In this document: in pieces, positions 30,678 to 38,758 of the stretch | Position numbering within the stretch: position 1 is the stretch's first letter | Layout of the letters: every line of letters starts with the position of its first letter | Virus record (IMG/VR): IMGVR_UViG_3300043399_000297 | Location: 62,001 to 126,000 of that record | Direction: 5' to 3' (one strand) | Length of the DNA stretch: 64,000 nucleotides | The notes under the pieces: generated by a model | What the model was told of the DNA's origin: nothing | The model's input: the letters and a program-made list of their open reading frames with translations, nothing else | Database searches by the model: none | Program-made: the position numbers and the translations under genes

Positions 30678-31055
30678 ATGAAGAAGATTGTGTCAGCTAT
30701 TGCCCTCGCTACAGTGCTTTTTTCTAGCACTGCTGCTCTTGCAGACGGTCGCGATTATCGCTGGGGAGTAGACAGCAATCGTCATAGCCCATATTACGGT
30801 AGAAATTATGATCGTGGATATGATCGCAATTATGATAGGCATCGTGATGGTGGTGTAAGCACAGGAGGTGCTGTTGCAATTGGGCTTGGGGCATTGATCG
30901 TTGGTGCATTGATTGCTAATGGTAATAGGAATAATCGCAACACCTATCAGGATCAGCAGCAGTATTATCAGCCACAGCAGGTTTGTGAAGATATCATCAA
31001 GTATGACTATTACAATAACCCCTATGTTGCTGGTAGAAATTGCTGGTATAGATAA
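30678..31055 (+). CDS. Secreted/membrane protein with signal peptide and glycine-zipper helix
   Basis: MKKIVSAIALATVLFSSTAALA signal, RxYD repeats, GGAVAIGLGALIVGALIA. Confidence 0.65.
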   Translation: MKKIVSAIALATVLFSSTAALADGRDYRWGVDSNRHSPYYGRNYDRGYDRNYDRHRDGGVSTGGAVAIGLGALIVGALIANGNRNNRNTYQDQQQYYQPQQVCEDIIKYDYYNNPYVAGRNCWYR

Positions 31056-31058
31056 AGA

Positions 31059-31087
31059 TTGACATTTATATCACATTGTGATATATA
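31059..31087 (+). promoter_or_regulatory. sigma70 promoter of the tmRNA with a palindromic spacer
   Basis: TTGACA-17-TATATA, containing TATATCACA-T-TGTGATATA. Confidence 0.75.
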
Positions 31088-31093
31088 AAGTTA

Positions 31094-31446
31094 TCAGTTG
31101 TTGATACAATCTGATGTTTGTGCAGGACCCGGGGGCGGTACCCGGCAGGTCCACCATCAACCTTGTCACTGTAGCTAGTGAAAGCTGACTAGTGAAAAAG
31201 GATAAACCTGTCGAAGGAGGATAAGCTCTCCGGGGGACGGGGGAATGGCCCGCTCGACATGCGGGAGGACAAGGTTGTTGATGGGCCTGAAACAGGATCG
31301 ACTGCAAGGCGGAGGTGAGAGTAGACTGATTGGTTGGTCGCATATAGACCAAAATAAACAACTGCAAATGATAATGACTTTGCATTTGAATTGGCTCTAG
31401 CAGCCTGATTCATTGGGTATGGCTCCACCCCGAAACAGAACGGGCC
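31094..31446 (+). ncRNA. ssrA: Circularly permuted two-piece tmRNA (alphaproteobacterial type)
   Basis: Acceptor piece ends GGACCCGGG-GGCGGTA-CCCGGCAGGTCCACCA (31156). Coding piece starts GGGCCTG (31283), giving a 7-bp acceptor stem with a G3.U70 pair. Tag ORF 31364-31408 reads ANDNDFAFELALAA*. Outer ends are approximate. Confidence 0.93.
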
Positions 31447-31470
31447 TCTTTCCATACAGATAAATACAGT

Positions 31471-33999
31471 ATGGACATTTCAGAACTCGCCAATTTCAAT
31501 TTAAGTGATGCAGTATCTTTTCACGAGGAACTAAACCCACAGCTTTGGGAAGACCACAAATTAGACAGAGAAGTTCGTGATCAGTTATTGTTGATTGCAG
31601 AAGACTTTGTAGAATATCTTGGTATTGGTACACTTAAAGTAAAAGATGTTACTATCAGTGGTAGTAACGCTGCATATTCATATACTCCCCACAGTGATTT
31701 AGATTTGCATATCATAGTAGATTTTAATGATCTACCTAACGATCCAGTGTACCAAGAACTATTCACTGCTAAAAAAACAATATATAATGAAATGCACGAT
31801 ATAACGGTTCATAGTGTTCCTGTAGAATTATATGTGCAAGATATTAATCAACCTGTGCAGTCATTGGGTGAATATAGTATTGTTCACAACAAGTGGATTC
31901 GTATTCCTAAAAAGCGTAGAGCTAACTTTGACGAAGTTGCTACTAAAGCCAAATATGATAAACTAGCTGACTTGATTGAACTTACATTGAAGTCAAAAGA
32001 CTATAATAAAGTGAAAAATACACTTGATTTGCTCAAGCGTTATCGTAAAGCTGGGTTGGAAAAAGAAGGTGAGTTTGGTCCTGAAAATCTCGCATACAAG
32101 GCTCTTAGGAAGCAAGGTGCTGTAAAAGATTTGTTTGATCTTAAAGCTAGGCTTCACGCTGAACGGTTGAGTATTGAAGAAGATTCAAAATTACTTGACA
32201 AGCCGGAAATGACTATAGCACAGTTAGCAGAGAAGCACGGTGTATCTCGTATGGAAATTGCAACGCAGTTGGACAAAGGCATTAAGGTTGAACTTGAACA
32301 CACTAGTCATAAAAATGTAGCTCGTGAGATTGCATTAGACCATATTGCTGAGGATCCAAAATACTATGATAAATTATCTAAGGCTGAGTTGGAAGAAGAG
32401 ATTGTAGATGAAACCGCAGAAGAAAATCAAATAATTAGCTTGATAGCTAAACACGCGGCTGATAATATCGTAGACATAATGCAAGTTAAAGAAAATGCAT
32501 TTTTATCATTTATACAAGCAGGTATGACTCCCAAACACAATCTTACAGTGTTTGGTGTCAAAATCAAAGATTTAGGTATTCCTAAAGTCAAGGATCCCAC
32601 ATTAGCAAAATTGTTAAAAACTATGGAAATCAAGGTTAAAACTTCTAAAAATTGGGAAAATGATGAGGGTATAAAAACGCACGGTAGTTATTATCCCGGA
32701 GAAAATTATATTGAACTTTATTTTCCGGCTCACGAGTTCACTGCTAAAAAAAGAGATTCATCATTGCAAGTAGAAATAGCAGACACACTTGCTCACGAAA
32801 TACAACACGCATTGGATGACTTTAAAAGTAAAGGAAACGCATTTAAAGATTTAGCATCTTATTCAGGTGGTAAAGATTATGAATCATACTTAAAACTTCC
32901 ATATGAAGTAAATGCTAGATTCCAGCAAGCAACTATGGATATAGCAAAGTATATAGCTACACCGAAAAAAGATGGATCAAGAACTACACAAAAAGATTTG
33001 CCCGAATTGATTAGATATGCGTTTGAGAAAAATCAATTAAACAATATATATAGAAAGAACCAAGCAGAATATAAGCGATTACTCACTAGAGCATATAAAT
33101 TTTTTCAAGCAGAATTAAATGCTCCCAAGAAAGCAACGCCTCAGAATATAGTAAGTAGGGCAGTCAATTGGATATTAGGAAAGCCTACTACACAGGTTAA
33201 GGAAGCATCAGGATATATCCCCAGAAAAAAAGAAAATAACTATTTAGGCTGGGAATTCACAAAACCAAAACCTGATTATTGGATGATGCAAGAAGCGGTT
33301 GAAGAATATTACAAGAAAGATGGTAAATGGTTTCCCCACAGAACACACGGAATTCATCAATTGGTCACTAGACAGGAATTACGTGAATCTATGCAAGATG
33401 AAGTCAAAGAATTCTGGAACCAAATGATTCGTTTAGACGGTCGTAAAGAAGTAAAATTAAAGCCCGGTAGTTCAGTTAGTGTCATACAATGTTGGTCTCA
33501 TCCTTATGATTCTATATTTGAGTTGAGGGGCAACTTAAACCCTAAAAAAATAGCAGATGTATATTATGAGGATGGAGGATCAATCAGTTATATACAATTT
33601 GAAGACGGATCAACATTCCCGGACAAATCATTTCTAGACCGAGGACAAGGCGGAGAATTGGATGGTATCATAACTACTTTCTTTCCGTCTAAGCAAGCAG
33701 CCGAACATATGTTGACTGCTTTACGGTTAGTTGTTCCTGCTGGATGGAAATTAAGCACCGCTAACTTAAACGAATCTTCGTTGAATGAAGCCTCGGGATA
33801 TATTCCAAGTAAAAAAGAAAAGAACGACCCTCGCTTCAAGACTGCCCTCACTGTAGATGTAAAGCCAGACAGCATCAAAAAGAATGCTAATGCGTTCAAC
33901 TGGAAAACATCGCGGGCCGGCATTCCTCCCCAGGCTAGATCAGATGGCAAACTAGCAGAAGATTTGATGAAAGAGTTTAAAAACTTTTTGGGTAAGTAA
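31471..33999 (+). CDS. Modular protein: Pol-beta-type nucleotidyltransferase, small helical domain, HExxH zincin-like domain and unknown modules
   Basis: ISGSNAAYSYTPHSDLDLH..VELYVQD; GIKVELEHT..IALDHIAEDPKYYDKL; LAHEIQHALD..EVNARF; duplicated EASGYIP. Confidence 0.7.
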   Translation: MDISELANFNLSDAVSFHEELNPQLWEDHKLDREVRDQLLLIAEDFVEYLGIGTLKVKDVTISGSNAAYSYTPHSDLDLHIIVDFNDLPNDPVYQELFTAKKTIYNEMHDITVHSVPVELYVQDINQPVQSLGEYSIVHNKWIRIPKKRRANFDEVATKAKYDKLADLIELTLKSKDYNKVKNTLDLLKRYRKAGLEKEGEFGPENLAYKALRKQGAVKDLFDLKARLHAERLSIEEDSKLLDKPEMTIAQLAEKHGVSRMEIATQLDKGIKVELEHTSHKNVAREIALDHIAEDPKYYDKLSKAELEEEIVDETAEENQIISLIAKHAADNIVDIMQVKENAFLSFIQAGMTPKHNLTVFGVKIKDLGIPKVKDPTLAKLLKTMEIKVKTSKNWENDEGIKTHGSYYPGENYIELYFPAHEFTAKKRDSSLQVEIADTLAHEIQHALDDFKSKGNAFKDLASYSGGKDYESYLKLPYEVNARFQQATMDIAKYIATPKKDGSRTTQKDLPELIRYAFEKNQLNNIYRKNQAEYKRLLTRAYKFFQAELNAPKKATPQNIVSRAVNWILGKPTTQVKEASGYIPRKKENNYLGWEFTKPKPDYWMMQEAVEEYYKKDGKWFPHRTHGIHQLVTRQELRESMQDEVKEFWNQMIRLDGRKEVKLKPGSSVSVIQCWSHPYDSIFELRGNLNPKKIADVYYEDGGSISYIQFEDGSTFPDKSFLDRGQGGELDGIITTFFPSKQAAEHMLTALRLVVPAGWKLSTANLNESSLNEASGYIPSKKEKNDPRFKTALTVDVKPDSIKKNANAFNWKTSRAGIPPQARSDGKLAEDLMKEFKNFLGK

Positions 34000-34010
34000 T
34001 ACAAAATCGG

Positions 34011-34039
34011 TTGACATTTACTCAAAATCATTGTAGTGT
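34011..34039 (+). promoter_or_regulatory. Early sigma70 promoter (leaderless arrangement)
   Basis: GGTTGACA-17-TAGTGT, then 6 nt to the ATG. Confidence 0.7.
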
Positions 34040-34045
34040 GAGAAT

Positions 34046-34318
34046 ATGACTAAGACATTCAACACCGCAGAAGAAGCTAGGTCCATAATGTATGACATTA
34101 ACACCGAGCTAGGTCGTCTCCCTTATAACCCAGACTTGAGTAAGTTTTGCTATAACATCTGCGATATGGTGACAGAACTTAGTCGCCTCGAGGTATACAC
34201 CCGTCGCACTCCTCCCCGTTCTAGATATCATATTGAATATAATAAGAAGCGCGAAACCATTCGCGATGCCATCAAGCATCTAGAGAACCTAGTCCTCATG
34301 GCTAGGTTGATGGCATAA
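34046..34318 (+). CDS. Hypothetical early protein
   Basis: 90-aa ORF directly behind a promoter. Confidence 0.7.
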   Translation: MTKTFNTAEEARSIMYDINTELGRLPYNPDLSKFCYNICDMVTELSRLEVYTRRTPPRSRYHIEYNKKRETIRDAIKHLENLVLMARLMA

Positions 34319-34579
34319 AAAATATCCACTTAGGCAAAAAAGTGGTTGACATTTGCCCAAAACCTCTGTATATATAGTATATCAAAAGCGAAAAAGGAAC
34401 TTGATATGACTGATCGTGAACTGTTTGATGCAATCATCGTCGCTTACAATGCTAATCCTTCTTATGAGCTTGAAGAACGCCTCCAGATTCTCTGGACCGC
34501 AACTCGTGCCCAGCTCGTTGAACTATACAACGAACTTTGTGCATAAAAAATATCCACTTAGGCAAAAAAGTGGTTGACA
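34313..34579 (+). repeat. Perfect 39-bp direct repeat (34313-34351, 34541-34579) carrying a stop codon, a hairpin and a -35 box
   Basis: GCATAAAAAATATCCACTTAGGCAAAAAAGTGGTTGACA twice; each copy is followed 17 nt later by a -10 box (TATATA, TATAAC). Confidence 0.92.
34406..34546 (+). CDS. 46-aa early hypothetical protein
   Basis: AAGGA RBS, ATG at 34406, own promoter, bracketed by the 39-bp repeats. Confidence 0.7.
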   Translation: MTDRELFDAIIVAYNANPSYELEERLQILWTATRAQLVELYNELCA

Positions 34580-34660
34580 CTAACATCAAGATAGCGTATA
34601 ACGAGACTATAGAGAGCAAGAAAGTAAATCTCTCTACTAACTTAAACTAGGAGCTAATTT

Positions 34661-35761
34661 ATGTCTCAAATGTCTGATACCCTCACTGTTACTTCGATCC
34701 AGGCGCGCAAGGCTATTCTTGCTGCTTTCAAGGCAAAGCGTCCTGTCTTCCTCTGGGGCCCTCCGGGCATCGGTAAGTCGGAAGTCGTTCAGGAAATTAC
34801 TGAGGAACTCGGTGGTTATATGGTCGATCTGCGTATGGCGCAGATGGAACCCACTGATATTCGTGGTATCCCCTACTACAACAAGGACCTCGGCAAGATG
34901 GATTGGGCCGAGCCCGTCGATCTTCCCAGCGCAGAACTTGCTGCTGAATACCCCATCGTTGTTCTCTTCCTTGACGAAATGAACTCTGCTCCCCCGGCTG
35001 TTCAGGCTGCTGGTTATCAGCTTATTCTGAACCGTCGTGTTGGTAAGTATAAGCTGCCCGATAATGTTGTTATCGTTGCTGCTGGTAACCGTGACAGCGA
35101 CAAGGGCGTTACTTATCGTATGCCGATGCCGCTTGCTAATCGTTTCGTTCACCTTGAAATGCGTCCCGACTTCAATGCTTGGCAGCAGTGGGCTGTTCAC
35201 AAGGCTGTTCACAAGGACATTGTTGGTTATCTCTCGTTCGCTAAGCAGGATATGTATGACTTTGATGCAAAGTCTTCTTCTCGTGCTTTTGCTACCCCGC
35301 GTTCGTGGGTGTTCGTGAGCGACCTGCTCGTTGACGAGGACAATGTTGACAACGATACACTGTTCAATCTTGTTGCAGGTTCTGTCGGTGACGGTCTTGC
35401 TACTAAGTTTATGGCACATCGTCGTGTTGCTGGTCAGATGCCTGAGCCGATCGACATTCTCGACGGTAAGGTAAAGGACCTCAAGGTCAAGGAAATCTCT
35501 GCGATGTACTCGCTCACGATTTCTATGTGCTACGAACTCAAGGACGCACTTGATAACAAGCGTGTTGACAACAAGCAGTTCCACGTGATGGCTGACAATT
35601 TCTTCGAATACATCATGAAGAACTTCGAAACTGAACTGGTTGTGATGGGTGCGAAGATTGCGCTCAAGACTTATCGTCTGCCGATTGAGCCCTCGCAGCT
35701 TTCTAATTTTGACGAGTTCCACAAGAAGTACAGTAAGTATATCGTGGAAGCTGGCAACTAA
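34661..35761 (+). CDS. MoxR-type AAA+ ATPase
   Basis: GPPGIGKS, LFLDEMN, AAGN, LANRF, TPRSW. Confidence 0.9.
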   Translation: MSQMSDTLTVTSIQARKAILAAFKAKRPVFLWGPPGIGKSEVVQEITEELGGYMVDLRMAQMEPTDIRGIPYYNKDLGKMDWAEPVDLPSAELAAEYPIVVLFLDEMNSAPPAVQAAGYQLILNRRVGKYKLPDNVVIVAAGNRDSDKGVTYRMPMPLANRFVHLEMRPDFNAWQQWAVHKAVHKDIVGYLSFAKQDMYDFDAKSSSRAFATPRSWVFVSDLLVDEDNVDNDTLFNLVAGSVGDGLATKFMAHRRVAGQMPEPIDILDGKVKDLKVKEISAMYSLTISMCYELKDALDNKRVDNKQFHVMADNFFEYIMKNFETELVVMGAKIALKTYRLPIEPSQLSNFDEFHKKYSKYIVEAGN

Positions 35762-35774
35762 GCTAGCGGCTCCT

Positions 35775-35809
35775 GGGGAGAGGTTCGAGACAGCCTCTCC
35801 CCTTTTTTT
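35775..35809 (+). terminator. Rho-independent terminator
   Basis: GGGGAGAGGT..GCCTCTCCCC followed by T7. Confidence 0.85.
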
Positions 35810-35812
35810 CGG

Positions 35813-35841
35813 TTGACATTCCCTTCAAGGTTTGTTATATT
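35813..35841 (+). promoter_or_regulatory. Early sigma70 promoter
   Basis: CGGTTGACA-17-TATATT. Confidence 0.75.
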
Positions 35842-35866
35842 GTCTCTATAAAGCAAGGAGATTTTT

Positions 35867-37177
35867 ATGAGTCAAGTTATTCCCGGTACTGCGACTAAGC
35901 CCAAGAAGGGTAAGCGCACTCGCAGCCAAAAGTTTGAAAATCTGATCGGTCCGACTGATCCTAAGATTGACCACGAAGCTCGTGAACGTCTGATCACTGC
36001 TCGTATTGGTCTCCTTCTTCGTCATAGCTTTTTCGGCAACCTCGCTACTCGTCTCCAGCTTGTAAATGCTGACGAGTGGTGCTCCACTGCTGCTACTGAC
36101 GGTCTTCGTTTTTATTACAACAGTCGTTTTATCAAGATGCTTAAGACTAAGGAGGTTGAATTCCTCGTTGGTCACGAAGTGCTTCACGTAGTCTACGATC
36201 ACCTTGGTCGTCGTGACAGTCGTGATCCTGAAATCTGGAACATCGCTAACGACTATGCTGTTAACGCTGACCTTAAGCGTCACAAGGTCGGTGAAATGAT
36301 CACTACTGTTCCTGCTCTCTTTGAGCCTAAGTATGATGGTAAGGCTTCTGAGGAAATCTATGATGACCTTATGAAGAATGTCAAGTATATTGACATTGAT
36401 GAACTCCTTGACAAGATGCTTGACGATCACCTTGAAGACGAGGGTCAGGGTATGGGTGATGAAGACGGTGATGAAAATGGTCAGAAGGGTAATGGCAAGC
36501 GTCCTAAGATGAGTCCTGAGGAGCGTGAGCGCGCCCGTCAGGAGATGAAGCAGGCTATCATCAATGCTGCACAGAGTGCCGAAGCTGGTTCTATCCCGGC
36601 TGGCGTTCAGCGTATGATCAAGCAGCTTACTGATCCTGTTATGCCCTGGCGTGAACTGATCCAGACGAACCTTACTTCGTCTATCAAGAGCGATTACACT
36701 TGGATGCGTCCTTCTCGTCGTTCTTGGCATATGGATGCTGTTATGCCCGGTATGAACCCGGGTGAAGAAATCGATGTTGATATCTATATCGATATGTCGG
36801 GTTCTATCTCTAACAAGCAGGGTATGGCATTTCTTTCGGAAGTCGCCGGTATGATGGAAGCGTTCGATGGTTATTCGCTTCGTGTCACTTGCTTTGATAC
36901 TCGCTGCTATAACACACAGGAGTATACTAGCGAGAATATGGAGAATATCGAGGAGTATGAGCTTGCAGGTGGCGGCGGTACTGACTTCGACTGCATCTTT
37001 GACGACCTTAAGGAAGCAGGACGTGTCCCGGTTCGCTTGATCGTATTCACTGACGGTTATCCTTGCGGTAGCTGGGGTGATGAGGATTACTGTGATACGA
37101 CTTGGATCATTCACGGTGATCCCAATCCGAACCCGCCCTTCGGTACGTATGCTATCTATGACGACCACAGAAAGTAA
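35867..37177 (+). CDS. Metallopeptidase-like plus VWA domain protein (DUF2201-type), partner of MoxR
   Basis: TAATDG, HEVLH, WNIANDYAVN, DMSGS (MIDAS), GGGGTDF, FTDG. Confidence 0.88.
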   Translation: MSQVIPGTATKPKKGKRTRSQKFENLIGPTDPKIDHEARERLITARIGLLLRHSFFGNLATRLQLVNADEWCSTAATDGLRFYYNSRFIKMLKTKEVEFLVGHEVLHVVYDHLGRRDSRDPEIWNIANDYAVNADLKRHKVGEMITTVPALFEPKYDGKASEEIYDDLMKNVKYIDIDELLDKMLDDHLEDEGQGMGDEDGDENGQKGNGKRPKMSPEERERARQEMKQAIINAAQSAEAGSIPAGVQRMIKQLTDPVMPWRELIQTNLTSSIKSDYTWMRPSRRSWHMDAVMPGMNPGEEIDVDIYIDMSGSISNKQGMAFLSEVAGMMEAFDGYSLRVTCFDTRCYNTQEYTSENMENIEEYELAGGGGTDFDCIFDDLKEAGRVPVRLIVFTDGYPCGSWGDEDYCDTTWIIHGDPNPNPPFGTYAIYDDHRK

Positions 37178-37199
37178 GACATTAGCAAAAGTGGGGGCT

Positions 37200-37433
37200 A
37201 TGATATATGAGTCCCCGGACGGCGGAAAGACGATCTATGCCAGAGAGCGTAGATCGTCTATTCGCAAGTTAGTCAGTGAAGAGGATGCAGAAACTGTTAG
37301 ATCAATCGCATTAGGTAAATGGCAACTTCTTATTACAAAGATTGTTCCATTGTCATACACAGTTCCGGCATTAGCTGATCAATTGGAAAAGCTTAAAGAA
37401 CTATATCTATTGGTGAAAAATGAAGACGATTGA
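37200..37433 (+). CDS. Hypothetical phage protein
   Basis: MIYESPDGGKTIYAR N-terminus; GGGG RBS. Confidence 0.6.
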   Translation: MIYESPDGGKTIYARERRSSIRKLVSEEDAETVRSIALGKWQLLITKIVPLSYTVPALADQLEKLKELYLLVKNEDD

Positions 37434-37662
37434 TGATATAAATCTATACACTTGGTTCAGTGAGAGGGAACTTAATTTCGCTCCTGAACATTTCGTGTCT
37501 TCCAAAACATCATTAACTGATGAATCAAAAGCGTGGATTCTTGAAAAGCTTACTGGGCGTTTTGCTGTTATTCCCAACCAAAATTTTTTTACAGCAGGTA
37601 ATACAGAAGTAGCGTTTGAAGATCCTAAAGAAGCATTGTTTTATGAACTTACGTGGGGCTAA
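37420..37662 (+). CDS. Small hypothetical protein (C-terminal F.D.K....F/Y.L.W motif)
   Basis: Shares its C-terminal motif with the next ORF. Confidence 0.6.
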   Translation: MKTIDDINLYTWFSERELNFAPEHFVSSKTSLTDESKAWILEKLTGRFAVIPNQNFFTAGNTEVAFEDPKEALFYELTWG

Positions 37663-37948
37663 TCACACCATAGCATTATTTGATGAATTTGCTCCGGCCC
37701 ACCGGCGTATAGCCACCTTCTCTAGGGAAAGCAAAATCTTTCATCAAACACATTATTATGCCAATCCAATAATGTATTCGTTTGCAGAGATGGAAGAAAT
37801 GGCGTATTGGTGCCACGATACATTTGGTCCTCGAGGGTTCAATCCAAACAACACACCGACTGGATGGGACTTTCAGAACGACCCAGACTATATCTTTTGG
37901 TTCAGCGACGAAAAGAACCTTACGTTGTTCGTCCTTCGCTGGTCATAA
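37643..37948 (+). CDS. Small hypothetical protein (C-terminal FVLRWS motif)
   Basis: WC..TFG..W..FWFSDEKNLTLFVLRWS. Confidence 0.6.
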   Translation: MNLRGANHTIALFDEFAPAHRRIATFSRESKIFHQTHYYANPIMYSFAEMEEMAYWCHDTFGPRGFNPNNTPTGWDFQNDPDYIFWFSDEKNLTLFVLRWS

Positions 37949-38004
37949 AAATATTTTATTAATATTTTCTCTATTAAATAATACAGATTTAAGGAGAAAA
38001 TCAA

Positions 38005-38748
38005 ATGGCTTTTTTAAGACACGTTGGTAAGCACGGTGATCGCAAAGTTGCAGTCGTATTCCGTGAAGTACCCGGCGAGCCGCATATGTGTTTAGTAGTA
38101 TACACTGAAATACTCAACAGAAATATTCACGATCCACTTATTAAGTGCATCGAAAGCGATATTGGTCAGAACAGCAAGAACTTAGCTGACGCACTAAATC
38201 GCACTCACACCGTCGACGGTCACATCATTCTACAGAAGCTTCACGCAGAAGGAATGCTCAAGAAGGTTCAGACTGAACTTATCGTAATGACTCCCGCTCC
38301 TAATACACAGATTAAGCTTAGCGAACTCAACCAGATTCTTGACGAAATGGAGAAGGGCGAAGCAGCAGTGCAAAAGCTTGCTGAAATGGATAAGCAGATG
38401 GGTATGCAGGATCCAGTTCAAGTTGCTAAGCGTATGCGAGGAGATCGTGATGCTTACACCCCTGAGACGATCCCTCAAGCACCGTCTGGAATACAAGCAG
38501 GCAGTGATGCGTTAGGTGATAATGCTATCGCAAACAACCTGCGTCAGCAGGCATTGAAAATGTCAGCAGAAGCAAAGGGTCTACTAGCCGAAGCAGATAG
38601 ACTATTGCAGGAAGCAGCAAGTTTAGATCCAGCTACACCCAGTCCTACTATTACTGTCGGGCCGACAGCTTCTATAACTCCTGTCATTGATGGGACAGGG
38701 ATTAAGCGTAGTCGAGGAAGACCAAAGAAGGTAGCAAACCCAGTTTAA
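38005..38748 (+). CDS. Phage protein with C-terminal AT-hook
   Basis: TAAATA at 37975, AAGGAG RBS, KRSRGRPKK. Confidence 0.65.
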   Translation: MAFLRHVGKHGDRKVAVVFREVPGEPHMCLVVYTEILNRNIHDPLIKCIESDIGQNSKNLADALNRTHTVDGHIILQKLHAEGMLKKVQTELIVMTPAPNTQIKLSELNQILDEMEKGEAAVQKLAEMDKQMGMQDPVQVAKRMRGDRDAYTPETIPQAPSGIQAGSDALGDNAIANNLRQQALKMSAEAKGLLAEADRLLQEAASLDPATPSPTITVGPTASITPVIDGTGIKRSRGRPKKVANPV

Positions 38749-38758
38749 GGTAACATAA

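Noticed and set aside
31180-31200. CTGA..GAAA resembling a hammerhead core in the tmRNA intervening segment
   Set aside because: Sequence is CTGACTAG rather than CUGANGA, and stem II geometry is missing
31071-31455. Minus-strand ORFs of 104 and 88 aa
   Set aside because: Shadows of the tmRNA gene
34637-37168. Long antisense ORFs (361 aa and 440 aa) opposite moxR and the VWA gene
   Set aside because: They are in codon register with the sense genes, which avoid TTA/CTA/TCA codons and so lack antisense stops; no motifs, RBS or promoter seen
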